DNA of 44,950 nt from Clostridia bacterium. GTDB lineage: Bacteria; Bacillota; Clostridia; HGM11514. The notes under the pieces were generated by a model. That model saw nothing but the letters and a program-made list of their open reading frames with translations, was not told the DNA's origin and ran no database searches. The stretch is taken from positions 1 through 44,950 of the forward strand of contig JAZNAU010000031.1 of assembly GCA_045586685.1 (NCBI GenBank). Reading direction: 5' to 3'. Below are positions 29,150-38,425 of the stretch, in pieces. A program made the translations under genes and the position numbers. The first letter of the stretch is position 1. Each line of letters begins with the position of its first letter.

Positions 29150-29191
29150 AAAATGAAGAAGATTTTATAGACTGAAATGAGGTGGAAAGGG

Positions 29192-29845
29192 ATGAATCGA
29201 ATTACGATTATTGCAGGGCATTTCGGAAGCGGAAAAACGGAATTTGCTTTGAATTATGCACTTCACTTGAAGAAAACCCACCAGAATGTGACAATCGTTG
29301 ATATGGATACGGTAAATCCCTATTTCCGTACAAAAGACGCAGAGGAACGGCTGGATAATGCGGGAGTACGTGTGATTTCTCCTCAGTTTGCCAATACCAA
29401 TGTGGATATTTTGTCCGTTCCGCCTGAAATTCTTTCAGTGTTTGAAAATTCTTCCTGTGCAGCTGTGTTTGACGTGGGGGGAGATGACGAGGGCGCAATC
29501 GTCCTGGGTGTGTATGAAAAACTGATACGTGAATGTGGATATGAAATGTTTTTTATTATGAATCCCAAGCGTCCCTTTACCGAAACGCCCCAACAGGCAT
29601 TGGACATGATGCAAGCCATTGAGCAGGTTTCAAGACTGAAGTTTACAGGGATTGTGAACACTGCTAATTTAATGGAAGAAACCACTCCTTCCTTGGTAGC
29701 AGAGGGGGAAAAGGTGGTTCGTAAAACCGCGAAGGTTTCCAATCTTCCGTTTTTATACACTGCTGCTACACCGGAAAATCTTGCCTTGATTTTGGAACAG
29801 GAAAAAGGATTTCCGATTGAATTGTTTTTAAAAAAGCCTTTTTAA
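29192..29845 (+). CDS. Uncharacterised P-loop NTPase (MinD/ParA/CobQ-like, SIMIBI class)
   Basis: GHFGSGKTE Walker A, VDMDTVNPYFRT, FDVGGD Walker B-like, NP.RP.T. Confidence 0.8.
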   Translation: MNRITIIAGHFGSGKTEFALNYALHLKKTHQNVTIVDMDTVNPYFRTKDAEERLDNAGVRVISPQFANTNVDILSVPPEILSVFENSSCAAVFDVGGDDEGAIVLGVYEKLIRECGYEMFFIMNPKRPFTETPQQALDMMQAIEQVSRLKFTGIVNTANLMEETTPSLVAEGEKVVRKTAKVSNLPFLYTAATPENLALILEQEKGFPIELFLKKPF

Positions 29846-29869
29846 TTTTGAACAAGGGGGTGTTGTTGT

Positions 29870-30076
29870 ATGGCAAAAGTAACATTTTTGGAGGACAAAT
29901 GTAAAGGGTGTCGGCTTTGCACCACAGTATGTCCCAAACAAATTGTAACAATGGCAACAGACAGAATCAATGCAAAGGGATTTCATCCTGCAGAGGTTAA
30001 AGAACAGGACAAATGTATTGGATGCGCATTTTGTGCAACAATTTGCCCGGATGTTGTAATTCAGGTAGAAAAATAA
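29870..30076 (+). CDS. 2-oxoacid:ferredoxin oxidoreductase delta subunit (2x[4Fe-4S])
   Basis: CKGCRLCTTVCP and CIGCAFCATICP. Confidence 0.92.
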   Translation: MAKVTFLEDKCKGCRLCTTVCPKQIVTMATDRINAKGFHPAEVKEQDKCIGCAFCATICPDVVIQVEK

Positions 30077-30094
30077 AGAAAAGAGGTGGCCGAT

Positions 30095-31162
30095 ATGGCT
30101 GAAAAGATTTTGATGAAAGGCAATGAAGCCATTGCAGAGGCTGCAATCCGGGCGGGTTGTAAGATGTTCTTCGGATATCCTATCACTCCTCAGACGGAAG
30201 TGGCTGCTTACATGGCAAAAAAACTGCCTAAGATTGAAGGCGGTGTATTTTTACAGGCTGAAAGTGAAGTTGCTGCCATTAACATGGTGTACGGTGCAGC
30301 AGGTGCGGGTGCAAGAGTAATGACCTCTTCTTCCAGCCCCGGAATCAGTTTGAAACAGGAAGGGATTTCTTATATTGCAGGCAGTGATTTGCCCTGTGTT
30401 ATTGTAAATATTGTTCGCGGAGGCCCCGGACTTGGCGGTATTCAGCCTGCACAGTCTGACTATTTTCAGGCAACCAAGGGGGGCGGACATGGTGACTATC
30501 ACCTGTTTGTTATTGCTCCCAGCTCCATTCAGGAAGTAGTGGATTTGACCTGTCATGCATTTGATGTAGCGGATAAATACCGTGTTCCTGCTATGATTAT
30601 GGGTGACGGTATGCTGGGTCAGATGATGGAACCGGTTGTATTTCCCGAGGAGGGCGGCAAGGCAATGATAGAAAAGCCTTGGGCAACCACCGGAACCAAG
30701 ATGGAACGGGAACACAATGTAGTAAACTCTTTGTTTATTGAACCGGACGAACTGGAAAAATTGGTTCTGGAGCGTCAAAAACGGTACGATGCAATTTGTG
30801 AAAATGAAGTAATGGTTGAAACGGTTGATTGTGAAGATGCAGATATCATCTTAACTGCATACGGAACTATTGCCCGTGTTGCTAAGAATGCAAAAGCAAT
30901 CTTGGCAGAAAGGGGAATCAAGGCGGGGATTATCCGTCCTATTACTCTTTGGCCGTTCCCTACAGATACCTATGCAAAAGCGGCTGAACGGGGCGTGCCT
31001 TTCTTAAGTGTTGAAATGAGCATGGGTCAGATGGTGGAAGATGTTCGTCTGGCTGTTAACGGAAAAGCGCCTGTTCATTTCTACGGAAGAACAGGCGGTA
31101 TGATTCCTTCTCCTGCAGGCATAGCAGAAGAAGTTGTAAAAATCTTAGGAGGTGACAGATAA
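30095..31162 (+). CDS. VOR-type 2-oxoacid:ferredoxin oxidoreductase alpha-type subunit (3-methyl-2-oxobutanoate dehydrogenase-like)
   Basis: MKGNEAIA, GYPITPQTE, QAESEVAA, TSSSSPGISLKQE, RGGPGLG, RPITLWPFP. Confidence 0.9.
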   Translation: MAEKILMKGNEAIAEAAIRAGCKMFFGYPITPQTEVAAYMAKKLPKIEGGVFLQAESEVAAINMVYGAAGAGARVMTSSSSPGISLKQEGISYIAGSDLPCVIVNIVRGGPGLGGIQPAQSDYFQATKGGGHGDYHLFVIAPSSIQEVVDLTCHAFDVADKYRVPAMIMGDGMLGQMMEPVVFPEEGGKAMIEKPWATTGTKMEREHNVVNSLFIEPDELEKLVLERQKRYDAICENEVMVETVDCEDADIILTAYGTIARVAKNAKAILAERGIKAGIIRPITLWPFPTDTYAKAAERGVPFLSVEMSMGQMVEDVRLAVNGKAPVHFYGRTGGMIPSPAGIAEEVVKILGGDR

Positions 31163-31914
31163 TGGAAAAGGTATTTGAAAGACCTCATGCATTGATTGAT
31201 GTTAATTTGCATTACTGTCCCGGATGTACCCACGGGATTATTCACCGTCTGGTAGCAGAAACGATGGATGAACTGGGCATTGAAGGAACTACCATTGGTG
31301 TTGCATCTGTTGGATGTTCTGTATTTTCCTATAATTATTTTAATTGCGATATGCAGCAAGCGGCACACGGCCGTGCTCCGGCCGTTGCAACGGGTATTAA
31401 AAGAACTCATCCCGATAAATGTGTATTTACCTATCAAGGGGACGGGGACTTGGCTGCAATCGGTACTGCTGAAACGGTGCATTCTGCCGCAAGAGGGGAA
31501 AATATTACCGTTATTTTTGTCAATAATGCAATCTATGGTATGACCGGCGGTCAGATGGCTCCTACCACATTGGTTGGACAGGTGACCCAGACCTCTCCTT
31601 ACGGAAGGAATGCGGCAACTCAAGGATATCCTATCCGTATGAGCGAAATGCTTTCCACTCTGGAAGGACCGTCCTATATTGAACGTGTCAGCGTGGATAC
31701 TGTAAAGAATATTAAAAATGCAAAGAAAGCAATAAAAAAAGCATTTCAGTATCAGATGGAAGGCAAGGGCTTTACCTTTGTTGAAGTGCTTTCTACTTGC
31801 CCGACCAACTGGGGCTTATCTCCTGTAGATGCCATTAAGTGGTTGCAGGACAATATGCAGGAACATTATCCTTTGGGCGTGTACCGTGATATAGAAGGAG
31901 GAGAAGCAAAATGA
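31162..31914 (+). CDS. 2-oxoacid:ferredoxin oxidoreductase beta (TPP-binding) subunit
   Basis: HYCPGCTHG, VGCS, AHGRA, YQGDGD, NNAIYGMTGGQ, STCPTNW. Confidence 0.92.
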   Translation: MEKVFERPHALIDVNLHYCPGCTHGIIHRLVAETMDELGIEGTTIGVASVGCSVFSYNYFNCDMQQAAHGRAPAVATGIKRTHPDKCVFTYQGDGDLAAIGTAETVHSAARGENITVIFVNNAIYGMTGGQMAPTTLVGQVTQTSPYGRNAATQGYPIRMSEMLSTLEGPSYIERVSVDTVKNIKNAKKAIKKAFQYQMEGKGFTFVEVLSTCPTNWGLSPVDAIKWLQDNMQEHYPLGVYRDIEGGEAK

Positions 31915-32441
31915 CACATGAACTGATTTTTGCCGGTTTTGGCGGACAGGGAATTCTGTTTGCAGGAAAATTGCTTGCATATGCGGCAATGATGAGCGAA
32001 AAAAATGTTTCCTGGCTTCCTTCTTATGGTCCTGAAATGCGCGGAGGTACAGCGAATTGTCACGTTATCGTGTCTGATGAGCCTGTCAGCTCTCCTATGA
32101 TTACTGTTCCCACCATTTTAGCGGCGATGAACAAGCCTTCTTTTGAAAAGTTTGAACAATCTGTCAAACCGGGTGGTATTATTGTAAAGGACTCTACCTT
32201 AATTGATGCAAAGCCTTCTCGTACCGATATTGCTTATTTTGATATTCCCGCAACCAAGATTGCCATGGATTTAAATTCTGATAAACTGGCAAATATGGTG
32301 ATGACGGGTAAGATTATTAAAGAAAGCGGTATGCTGGATATGGATATTGTGCTTAAAGCATTGGAAAAGATTGTTCCCCCCAGTAAAAAAGCCCTTGTTG
32401 AAACCAACACCAAGGTTTTGATGGCCGGCTACGAATTTTAA
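31911..32441 (+). CDS. 2-oxoacid:ferredoxin oxidoreductase gamma subunit
   Basis: AGFGGQGIL, PSYGPEMRGGTANC, ANMVM.G. Confidence 0.92.
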   Translation: MTHELIFAGFGGQGILFAGKLLAYAAMMSEKNVSWLPSYGPEMRGGTANCHVIVSDEPVSSPMITVPTILAAMNKPSFEKFEQSVKPGGIIVKDSTLIDAKPSRTDIAYFDIPATKIAMDLNSDKLANMVMTGKIIKESGMLDMDIVLKALEKIVPPSKKALVETNTKVLMAGYEF

Positions 32442-32449
32442 AATTTTCT

Positions 32450-32486
32450 ACAGGCGTGATGTTTTAATACATTACGCCTGTTTTTT
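32450..32486 (+). terminator. Intrinsic terminator after vor operon
   Basis: ACAGGCGTGATGT...ACATTACGCCTGT-TTTTT. Confidence 0.88.
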
Positions 32487-32498
32487 GTTGTTTTGTTC

Positions 32499-32527
32499 AA
32501 ATAATTTTTCCTTTCCTGCACATAATA
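32499..32527 (+). promoter_or_regulatory. Putative forespore-sigma (sigG/F-like) promoter
   Basis: AAATA-N17-CATAATA upstream of YhfW-like gene. Confidence 0.5.
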
Positions 32528-32553
32528 GTGAAAAAAAGCCGGGGAGGATATCA

Positions 32554-33858
32554 ATGAAACAATCGGTATGGATGGAGAATGTGAAATTTCCTGAATTTCC
32601 CACTTTAAAAGAGACGATCAATACGGATGTTCTGGTCATCGGAGGAGGGTTGTGCGGGATTTTGTGTGCTTATTATCTGCAAAAAGCGGGAGTGGATTGC
32701 GTTGTAGCAGAAGGAAATCGAATTGCTTGCGGGATTACCAAAAATACGACTGCAAAAATTACTGCACAACATGGACTGATTTATGGAAAGTTGGCTGAAG
32801 AATTTGGTTTGGATACGGCGAATCTTTATTTAAATGCAAATCTGAAAGCCATAGAAAACTATGAGGCTTTGTGCCGAAAGATTCCTTGCCACTTTGAAAA
32901 AACAATGGCTTATACCTATTCTTTAACAGATAGAAAAATCATTGAAAGAGAAACAGAAACACTGCACCGATTAGGCTATCCTGCCATCATAAAAGAAACG
33001 GTTGAATTACCCTTTGAAACTCAAGGGGCGGTTTGTTTTCCTAATCAGGCTCAATTTCATCCGTACCAGTTTATATCAAAAATTATAAAAAATCTTACCA
33101 TTTATGAACACACATGGATTCGGGAAATAACACCAACAGAAGCCATTTCTGATGACGGCAGAATCAGAGCAAAGAAAATCATTGTTGCAACTCATTTTCC
33201 CTTTATAAACAAACACGGAAGTTATTTTTTGAAATTATATCAGCACCGCTCCTATGTCACTGCCTTTGAAAACGCACAAAAATTGACGGGAATGTATGTA
33301 GATGAGCAAAAAACAGGAATGTCGTTTCGAAATTATGGAACTCTTTTGCTGATTGGGGGAGGGGGTCACCGTACAGGGAAAAAGGGCGGAAACTGGCGGG
33401 AAATTGAACGGTTTGCAAGAACCTATTATCCTGATACACGGGTGAAATACCGTTGGGCAACTCAGGATTGCATGAGTCTTGACGGAATCCCTTATATCGG
33501 ACAGTACTCTAAGTCTACACCTGACTTGTATGTTGCAACAGGATTTAACAAGTGGGGAATGACCTCGTCGCTTGTTTCAGCTATGATCCTGACTGATTTG
33601 ATATTAGATAAGGAAAATGAGTTTGCCAAAGTTTTTTCACCACAAAGAAGTATGCTAAAACCCCAGCTTTTGGTAAATGGATTTGAATCAACGTTGAATT
33701 TACTGACGCCCACAAAACCGCGATGCCCCCATTTAGGATGTGCATTGAAATGGAATCGGGCTGAGCGAAGCTGGGATTGTCCTTGTCATGGTTCCCGTTT
33801 TGAAAAGGATGGATGCTTAATTGATAATCCTGCTACAGGGGATGCAAACTGTAAGTAA
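32554..33858 (+). CDS. FAD-dependent oxidoreductase (DAO-like) with C-terminal Rieske motif, YhfW-like
   Basis: VIGGGLCG, TKNTTAKITAQH, ATHFP, WATQD, TGFNKWGMT, CPHLGC...WDCPCHGSRF. Confidence 0.88.
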   Translation: MKQSVWMENVKFPEFPTLKETINTDVLVIGGGLCGILCAYYLQKAGVDCVVAEGNRIACGITKNTTAKITAQHGLIYGKLAEEFGLDTANLYLNANLKAIENYEALCRKIPCHFEKTMAYTYSLTDRKIIERETETLHRLGYPAIIKETVELPFETQGAVCFPNQAQFHPYQFISKIIKNLTIYEHTWIREITPTEAISDDGRIRAKKIIVATHFPFINKHGSYFLKLYQHRSYVTAFENAQKLTGMYVDEQKTGMSFRNYGTLLLIGGGGHRTGKKGGNWREIERFARTYYPDTRVKYRWATQDCMSLDGIPYIGQYSKSTPDLYVATGFNKWGMTSSLVSAMILTDLILDKENEFAKVFSPQRSMLKPQLLVNGFESTLNLLTPTKPRCPHLGCALKWNRAERSWDCPCHGSRFEKDGCLIDNPATGDANCK

Positions 33859-33866
33859 TTCAATAG

Positions 33867-33916
33867 AAACACTCGTCCTGAAAATACTGCATTTCCGGTC
33901 GGGTGTTTGTTTTTTT
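33867..33916 (+). terminator. Intrinsic terminator
   Basis: AAACACTCG...CGGGTGTTT followed by T tract. Confidence 0.7.
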
Positions 33917-34001
33917 GTGAATGGAATCTGACATCTTGAATATGGGAATAGAGAAAAATAAGGAATTTGCAGTGCTTTTTACCAAAAATGCAAAAAAGCT
34001 C

Positions 34002-34030
34002 TTTACAAAAGGGCAAATTTGTAGTATGAT
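34002..34030 (+). promoter_or_regulatory. sigma-A promoter of thrC
   Basis: TTTACA-N17-TATGAT. Confidence 0.7.
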
Positions 34031-34070
34031 TATAGAATGACGAAAACTAAAGTTTAGCGAGGTGACACAC

Positions 34071-35549
34071 TTGCGTTATTATAGTACAAGAAACGAAAAA
34101 AATGTGGTAACAGCGTCAAAAGCCATTCTGTCAGGTTTGGCAGAAGATGGCGGATTATTTGTGCCTGAATCCATTCCGTCTATTGATGTGAAAAAGCTTC
34201 TTAACATGACCTATCGTCAGCGCGCAATGGCAGTGCTTTCTGATTATTTGACGGATTTTACAACGGAAGAAATTGAACATTGTGTCAGCGGCGCCTATAC
34301 CGTTGAGCATTTTGGCTCTGAAACAATAGCGCCTGTTTGTCCTGTGACCGATCAGGTTTCCTTTTTGGAATTGTGGCACGGACCGACCTGTGCGTTTAAA
34401 GATATGGCATTGCAAATTTTACCGTATTTTCTGACCACCTCCATAAAAAAACAGGGGCAGGATAAAACGGTAGTGATTTTGGTTGCTACCTCCGGTGATA
34501 CAGGGAAAGCCGCACTTTCCGGCTTTGCAGATGTGGAAGGAACGCGGATTGCCGTATTTTATCCCGACCAAGGGGTCAGCAAAATTCAGCGGTTGCAAAT
34601 GGTAACCCAAAAGGGGAACAATGTGTTTGCATCCGGTGTAAAGGGGAATTTTGATGATGTACAAGCCTTTGTAAAGCAGATTTTCACAGATAAGGAATAC
34701 CGCGAAAAAATGAATGACAATGGCTTTGATTTTTCTTCTGCCAACTCCATTAACTGGGGACGATTGGTTCCCCAGATTGTGTACTATGTGCATGCTTACT
34801 GTGAAATGGTAGACAAGGGAGAAATAAAATTAGGAGAAACCATCAATGTAGTAGTTCCCACCGGTAATTTTGGGAATATTTTGGCAGCCTACTATGCAAA
34901 AAAAGCAGGGGTGCCTATCGGAAAACTGATTTGTGCGTCTAATCGGAATAAAATATTGACAGATTTTATCCGAACAGGTGTTTATGATAAAAACCGTGAT
35001 TTTTATGTCACCGAATCTCCATCTATGGATATTTTAATTTCCAGTAATCTGGAACGGCTGCTGTATCACCTGAGTGATGAAAAAACCGTTTGTGATTTAA
35101 TGAAACATTTGTCCGAAGCAGGAACGTATCAGGTGCCTGATGAATTAAAGAACAATTTACAAGAATTGCTTTGGGCGGATTGCTGTGATGATGCAGAAAC
35201 AGAGAAGATGATTGCAAAAATGTATGCAGAAAACGGATATGTGATGGATCCTCATACCGCCGTTGGATATGGTGTATATGAAAAATACCTTGCTCAAACA
35301 GGGGATACGGCAAAGTGTGTAATTGCTTCCACTGCAAGTCCCTTTAAGTTTAATGCTTGTGTCAGCCGTGCACTGGGGAACGAAACCGAAAATGTTTCCG
35401 AATTTCAATTACTGCACAATCTGGCAGACAAAACCGGATTGGATTTGCCTGCATCGTTGAAAGAACTGGAACAGTTGCCAGTCCGTTTTGACGGGGTTGT
35501 GGACAAAGACGGAATGTATGGTGCTGTGAGCAAATTTTTGGGGATGTAA
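34071..35549 (+). CDS. thrC: Threonine synthase
   Basis: YYSTR, GLAEDGGLFVP, ELWHGPTCAFKD (PLP Lys), ATSGDTG, SANSINWGR, VPTGNFG, SPSMDI; TTG start after GAGGTG. Confidence 0.96.
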   Translation: MRYYSTRNEKNVVTASKAILSGLAEDGGLFVPESIPSIDVKKLLNMTYRQRAMAVLSDYLTDFTTEEIEHCVSGAYTVEHFGSETIAPVCPVTDQVSFLELWHGPTCAFKDMALQILPYFLTTSIKKQGQDKTVVILVATSGDTGKAALSGFADVEGTRIAVFYPDQGVSKIQRLQMVTQKGNNVFASGVKGNFDDVQAFVKQIFTDKEYREKMNDNGFDFSSANSINWGRLVPQIVYYVHAYCEMVDKGEIKLGETINVVVPTGNFGNILAAYYAKKAGVPIGKLICASNRNKILTDFIRTGVYDKNRDFYVTESPSMDILISSNLERLLYHLSDEKTVCDLMKHLSEAGTYQVPDELKNNLQELLWADCCDDAETEKMIAKMYAENGYVMDPHTAVGYGVYEKYLAQTGDTAKCVIASTASPFKFNACVSRALGNETENVSEFQLLHNLADKTGLDLPASLKELEQLPVRFDGVVDKDGMYGAVSKFLGM

Positions 35550-35552
35550 CTA

Positions 35553-36236
35553 ATGTCACTGTATGCAATTTCTGATTTGCATCTTTCCTTCGGAACGAAC
35601 AAGCCAATGGATGTGTTTGGCTGGAAAGATTATGAAACCAAGTTGATGGAGCAATGGAATCGCCTTATTACTCCGGAAGATTGGGTGTTGATACCGGGAG
35701 ATGTTTCCTGGGCAACCTATCTTGAGGAAACAGAAGCAGATTTTCGATTTATTCATCAGTTAAACGGGCAGAAGATTATTGGCAAGGGAAACCACGATTA
35801 TTGGTGGACAACTGCTAAGAAAATGCGTGAATATGCGGAGGAAAAGGAATTTACCTCCCTTCGCTTTTTGTATAATAACAGCTATCTCTGGAGAAACACA
35901 GGGATTTGCGGAACAAGGGGTTGGTGTAATCATGGTAACATGGCTGAGGACGCCCATCTTTGGGAACGAGAGCTTCAGCGTTTGCGACTTTCGCTGGAAA
36001 GTGCAAGAGGTTGTGAAACCATTGTTTGTTGCCTCCACTACCCGCCGATTGATTTGAGCGGCAGGCTGAGCGGAGAGCATATGAAGCTGTTCCATGAATA
36101 TGGAGTTGGTCAGGTAATATACGGGCATCTTCACGGACCGCGTTTTGACGGTCGTTTGCCTGAGGAAACAGAAGGGATTCGTTTTCATCTGGTGTCCTGC
36201 GATTATCTGAATTTTTCGCCTATCCGTTTGGCGTAA
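35553..36236 (+). CDS. Calcineurin-like metallophosphoesterase
   Basis: ISDLH, PGDVSW, GNHDYWW, HYPP, YGHLH. Confidence 0.9.
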   Translation: MSLYAISDLHLSFGTNKPMDVFGWKDYETKLMEQWNRLITPEDWVLIPGDVSWATYLEETEADFRFIHQLNGQKIIGKGNHDYWWTTAKKMREYAEEKEFTSLRFLYNNSYLWRNTGICGTRGWCNHGNMAEDAHLWERELQRLRLSLESARGCETIVCCLHYPPIDLSGRLSGEHMKLFHEYGVGQVIYGHLHGPRFDGRLPEETEGIRFHLVSCDYLNFSPIRLA

Positions 36237-36282
36237 CGGAAAAATCAAATATTATAAACCAAAGAATATGGAGGAATTGATT

Positions 36283-37788
36283 ATGTCAGTAAAAGTAAAT
36301 AAAATTGAAGAAAATGTTGTAGAACTGGAGTTTTCCATTGACCAAAAAACCTTTCAGGATGGGATTATGAAATCCTATCGTAAAAACGTAAAGAAGATTA
36401 ACATTCCCGGTTTCCGTAAGGGTAAGGCTCCCAAATTTATTATTGAAAAAATGTACGGACCCGAAGTGTTTTATGATGATGCAATCAATTTTGTATTTCC
36501 CGATGCTTACGATGCAGCTGTAAAAGAAGCCGGAATCACTCCTGTTGACCGTCCTGAAGTGGATGTCAAGGAGTTAGGTCAGGATGTTGATCTGGTGTTG
36601 GTTGCTAAAGTTACTGTAAAGCCGGAGGTAGTGATTGAAAACTATAAAGGTATAGAAATTCCAAAAATTGAGTATAATGTAACCGATGAGGATGTGGATA
36701 AGGAAATTTCTTCCATGGCAGAACGGAACTCCCGTTTGGTAACCGTTGAAGACCGTGAAGCAAAGCTGGGAGATACTGCAGTTATCGACTATGAAGGGTT
36801 TGCAGACGGTGTTGCATTTGCAGGCGGTAAAGGTGAAAATCACAATCTGGAACTGGGTTCCGGCCAGTTTATCCCCGGTTTCGAGGATCAGATTGTAGGG
36901 AAAAAAGTTGGGGAGGAATTTGATGTCAATGTAACATTCCCCACAGAATACCATGCGGAAGAACTGAAGGGTAAGGATGCAGTATTTAAAGTGAAGCTGA
37001 ATGAACTGAAAGAAAAAGTTCTGCCTGAAATTGATGATGAATTTGCAAAAGATGTGAGCGAATTTGATACTCTGGAAGAACTGAAGGCAGATTCCAAGAA
37101 GAAACTGGAAGAAGCTGCAGCTGAGAAAGCAAAGAACGAAAAAGAAACAGCAGTTCTTGATTTCCTCAGCGACAATCTGAAGGCAAACATTCCTGAGGTA
37201 ATGGTAGAATCTCAGATTGATAGTATGATTCAGGATTTCCAAATGAGAATTTCTTCTCAGGGAATGGATATCAATACTTATATGAGTTATTTAGGTCTGG
37301 ATGAAAAGAAAATGCGTGATAGCTTCCGTGAACAGGCTGACCGCAGAGTAAAGACCACTTTGGCTCTGGAAAAGGTAAAGGAACTGGAAAAAATCGAAGC
37401 AACGGATGAAGATGCGGAAGCAGAAATCCAAAAGATGGCTGACCAGTACAAAATGGAAGTTGAAAAAATTAAGAGCTTTCTTAAGGTTGAGGATGTAAAG
37501 GAAGACATTTCCATGCGTAAGACGATGGAATTTTTGGTAGAAAATGCAAAGGAAAAGAAAGCAACTGCCAAAAAGACTGCTGCTAAGAAAAAGGAAGAAA
37601 ATACCGAAGAAAAAGAAGCAGCACCAAAGAAGGAAACTGCTAAGAAAACAACTACAACAAAGAAAACAACCACAACCAAAAAAACAACGACTGCTAAGAA
37701 GGAGACCGAAGAAAAAGCAGCTGAAAAGAAGCCTGCAGCAAAGAAAACCACAACAAAGAAAGCAGCTGAAAAGAAAGAAGAAAAATAA
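36283..37788 (+). CDS. tig: Trigger factor with long Lys/Thr/Ala/Glu-rich C-terminal tail
   Basis: IPGFRKGKAP ribosome-binding signature, FKBP domain (FAGG..LGSGQFIPGFE), EIDDEFAK. Confidence 0.97.
   Translation: MSVKVNKIEENVVELEFSIDQKTFQDGIMKSYRKNVKKINIPGFRKGKAPKFIIEKMYGPEVFYDDAINFVFPDAYDAAVKEAGITPVDRPEVDVKELGQDVDLVLVAKVTVKPEVVIENYKGIEIPKIEYNVTDEDVDKEISSMAERNSRLVTVEDREAKLGDTAVIDYEGFADGVAFAGGKGENHNLELGSGQFIPGFEDQIVGKKVGEEFDVNVTFPTEYHAEELKGKDAVFKVKLNELKEKVLPEIDDEFAKDVSEFDTLEELKADSKKKLEEAAAEKAKNEKETAVLDFLSDNLKANIPEVMVESQIDSMIQDFQMRISSQGMDINTYMSYLGLDEKKMRDSFREQADRRVKTTLALEKVKELEKIEATDEDAEAEIQKMADQYKMEVEKIKSFLKVEDVKEDISMRKTMEFLVENAKEKKATAKKTAAKKKEENTEEKEAAPKKETAKKTTTTKKTTTTKKTTTAKKETEEKAAEKKPAAKKTTTKKAAEKKEEK
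37551..37785 (+). repeat. Low-complexity coding repeats (KKTTTT/AAKK/EEK) in tig tail
   Basis: Imperfect 18-nt repeats AAGAAAACAACTACAACA / AAGAAAACAACCACAACC / AAAAAAACAACGACTGCT. Confidence 0.85.
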
Positions 37789-37814
37789 GACATAAACTAA
37801 GGGAGTGACAAGCT

Positions 37815-38399
37815 ATGAGTTTAGTACCAATGGTCGTAGAGCAAACCAATCGAGGAGAACGTTCTTATGACATTTATTCCCGTTTGTTAAAAGACAGAAT
37901 TATCTTTTTATCAGAAGAAGTCAATGATGTTACTGCAAGTCTGGTGGTTGCTCAAATGTTATTTTTAGAAGGGGAAGATCCTGATAAGGATATCAACCTT
38001 TATATTAATAGTCCCGGCGGTTCCATTACAGCGGGCATGGCAATTTACGACACTATGCAATATATTAAGTGTGATGTTTCTACCATTTGTATTGGTATGG
38101 CAGCCAGTATGGGTGCGTTTTTGCTGGCAGCAGGGACGCCTGGAAAACGGTATGCGTTGCCTAACAGCGAAGTGATGATTCATCAGCCCTTGGGAGGAAT
38201 GCAGGGACAGGCGACGGATATTAAAATTCATGCTGATCGGATTATTAAAATGCGTGAAACTTTGAACACCATTCTGAGCGAAAGAACAGGTCAGCCCATA
38301 GAGGTCATCAATCGGGACACTGAGCGGGATAATTTTATGTCTGCAGCAGAGGCAAAAGCTTATGGTTTGGTAGATGAAGTAATTGAGCGTAAAAAATAA
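37815..38399 (+). CDS. clpP: ATP-dependent Clp protease proteolytic subunit
   Basis: [39 protein letters not shown]. Confidence 0.99.
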   Translation: MSLVPMVVEQTNRGERSYDIYSRLLKDRIIFLSEEVNDVTASLVVAQMLFLEGEDPDKDINLYINSPGGSITAGMAIYDTMQYIKCDVSTICIGMAASMGAFLLAAGTPGKRYALPNSEVMIHQPLGGMQGQATDIKIHADRIIKMRETLNTILSERTGQPIEVINRDTERDNFMSAAEAKAYGLVDEVIERKK

Positions 38400-38425
38400 T
38401 AAGCCATCCTAAAAGAGGTGATCGA

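Noticed and set aside
34003-34025. TACAAA-N8-TTTGTA dyad in thrC promoter shared with the XRE promoter
   Set aside because: Largely explained by the -35 ACA and the TG-rich bases before the -10 that are common to sigA promoters
36574-37795. Antisense and alternate-frame ORFs over tig (222, 168, 100, 83 aa)
   Set aside because: Artefacts of biased codon usage and the low-complexity tail
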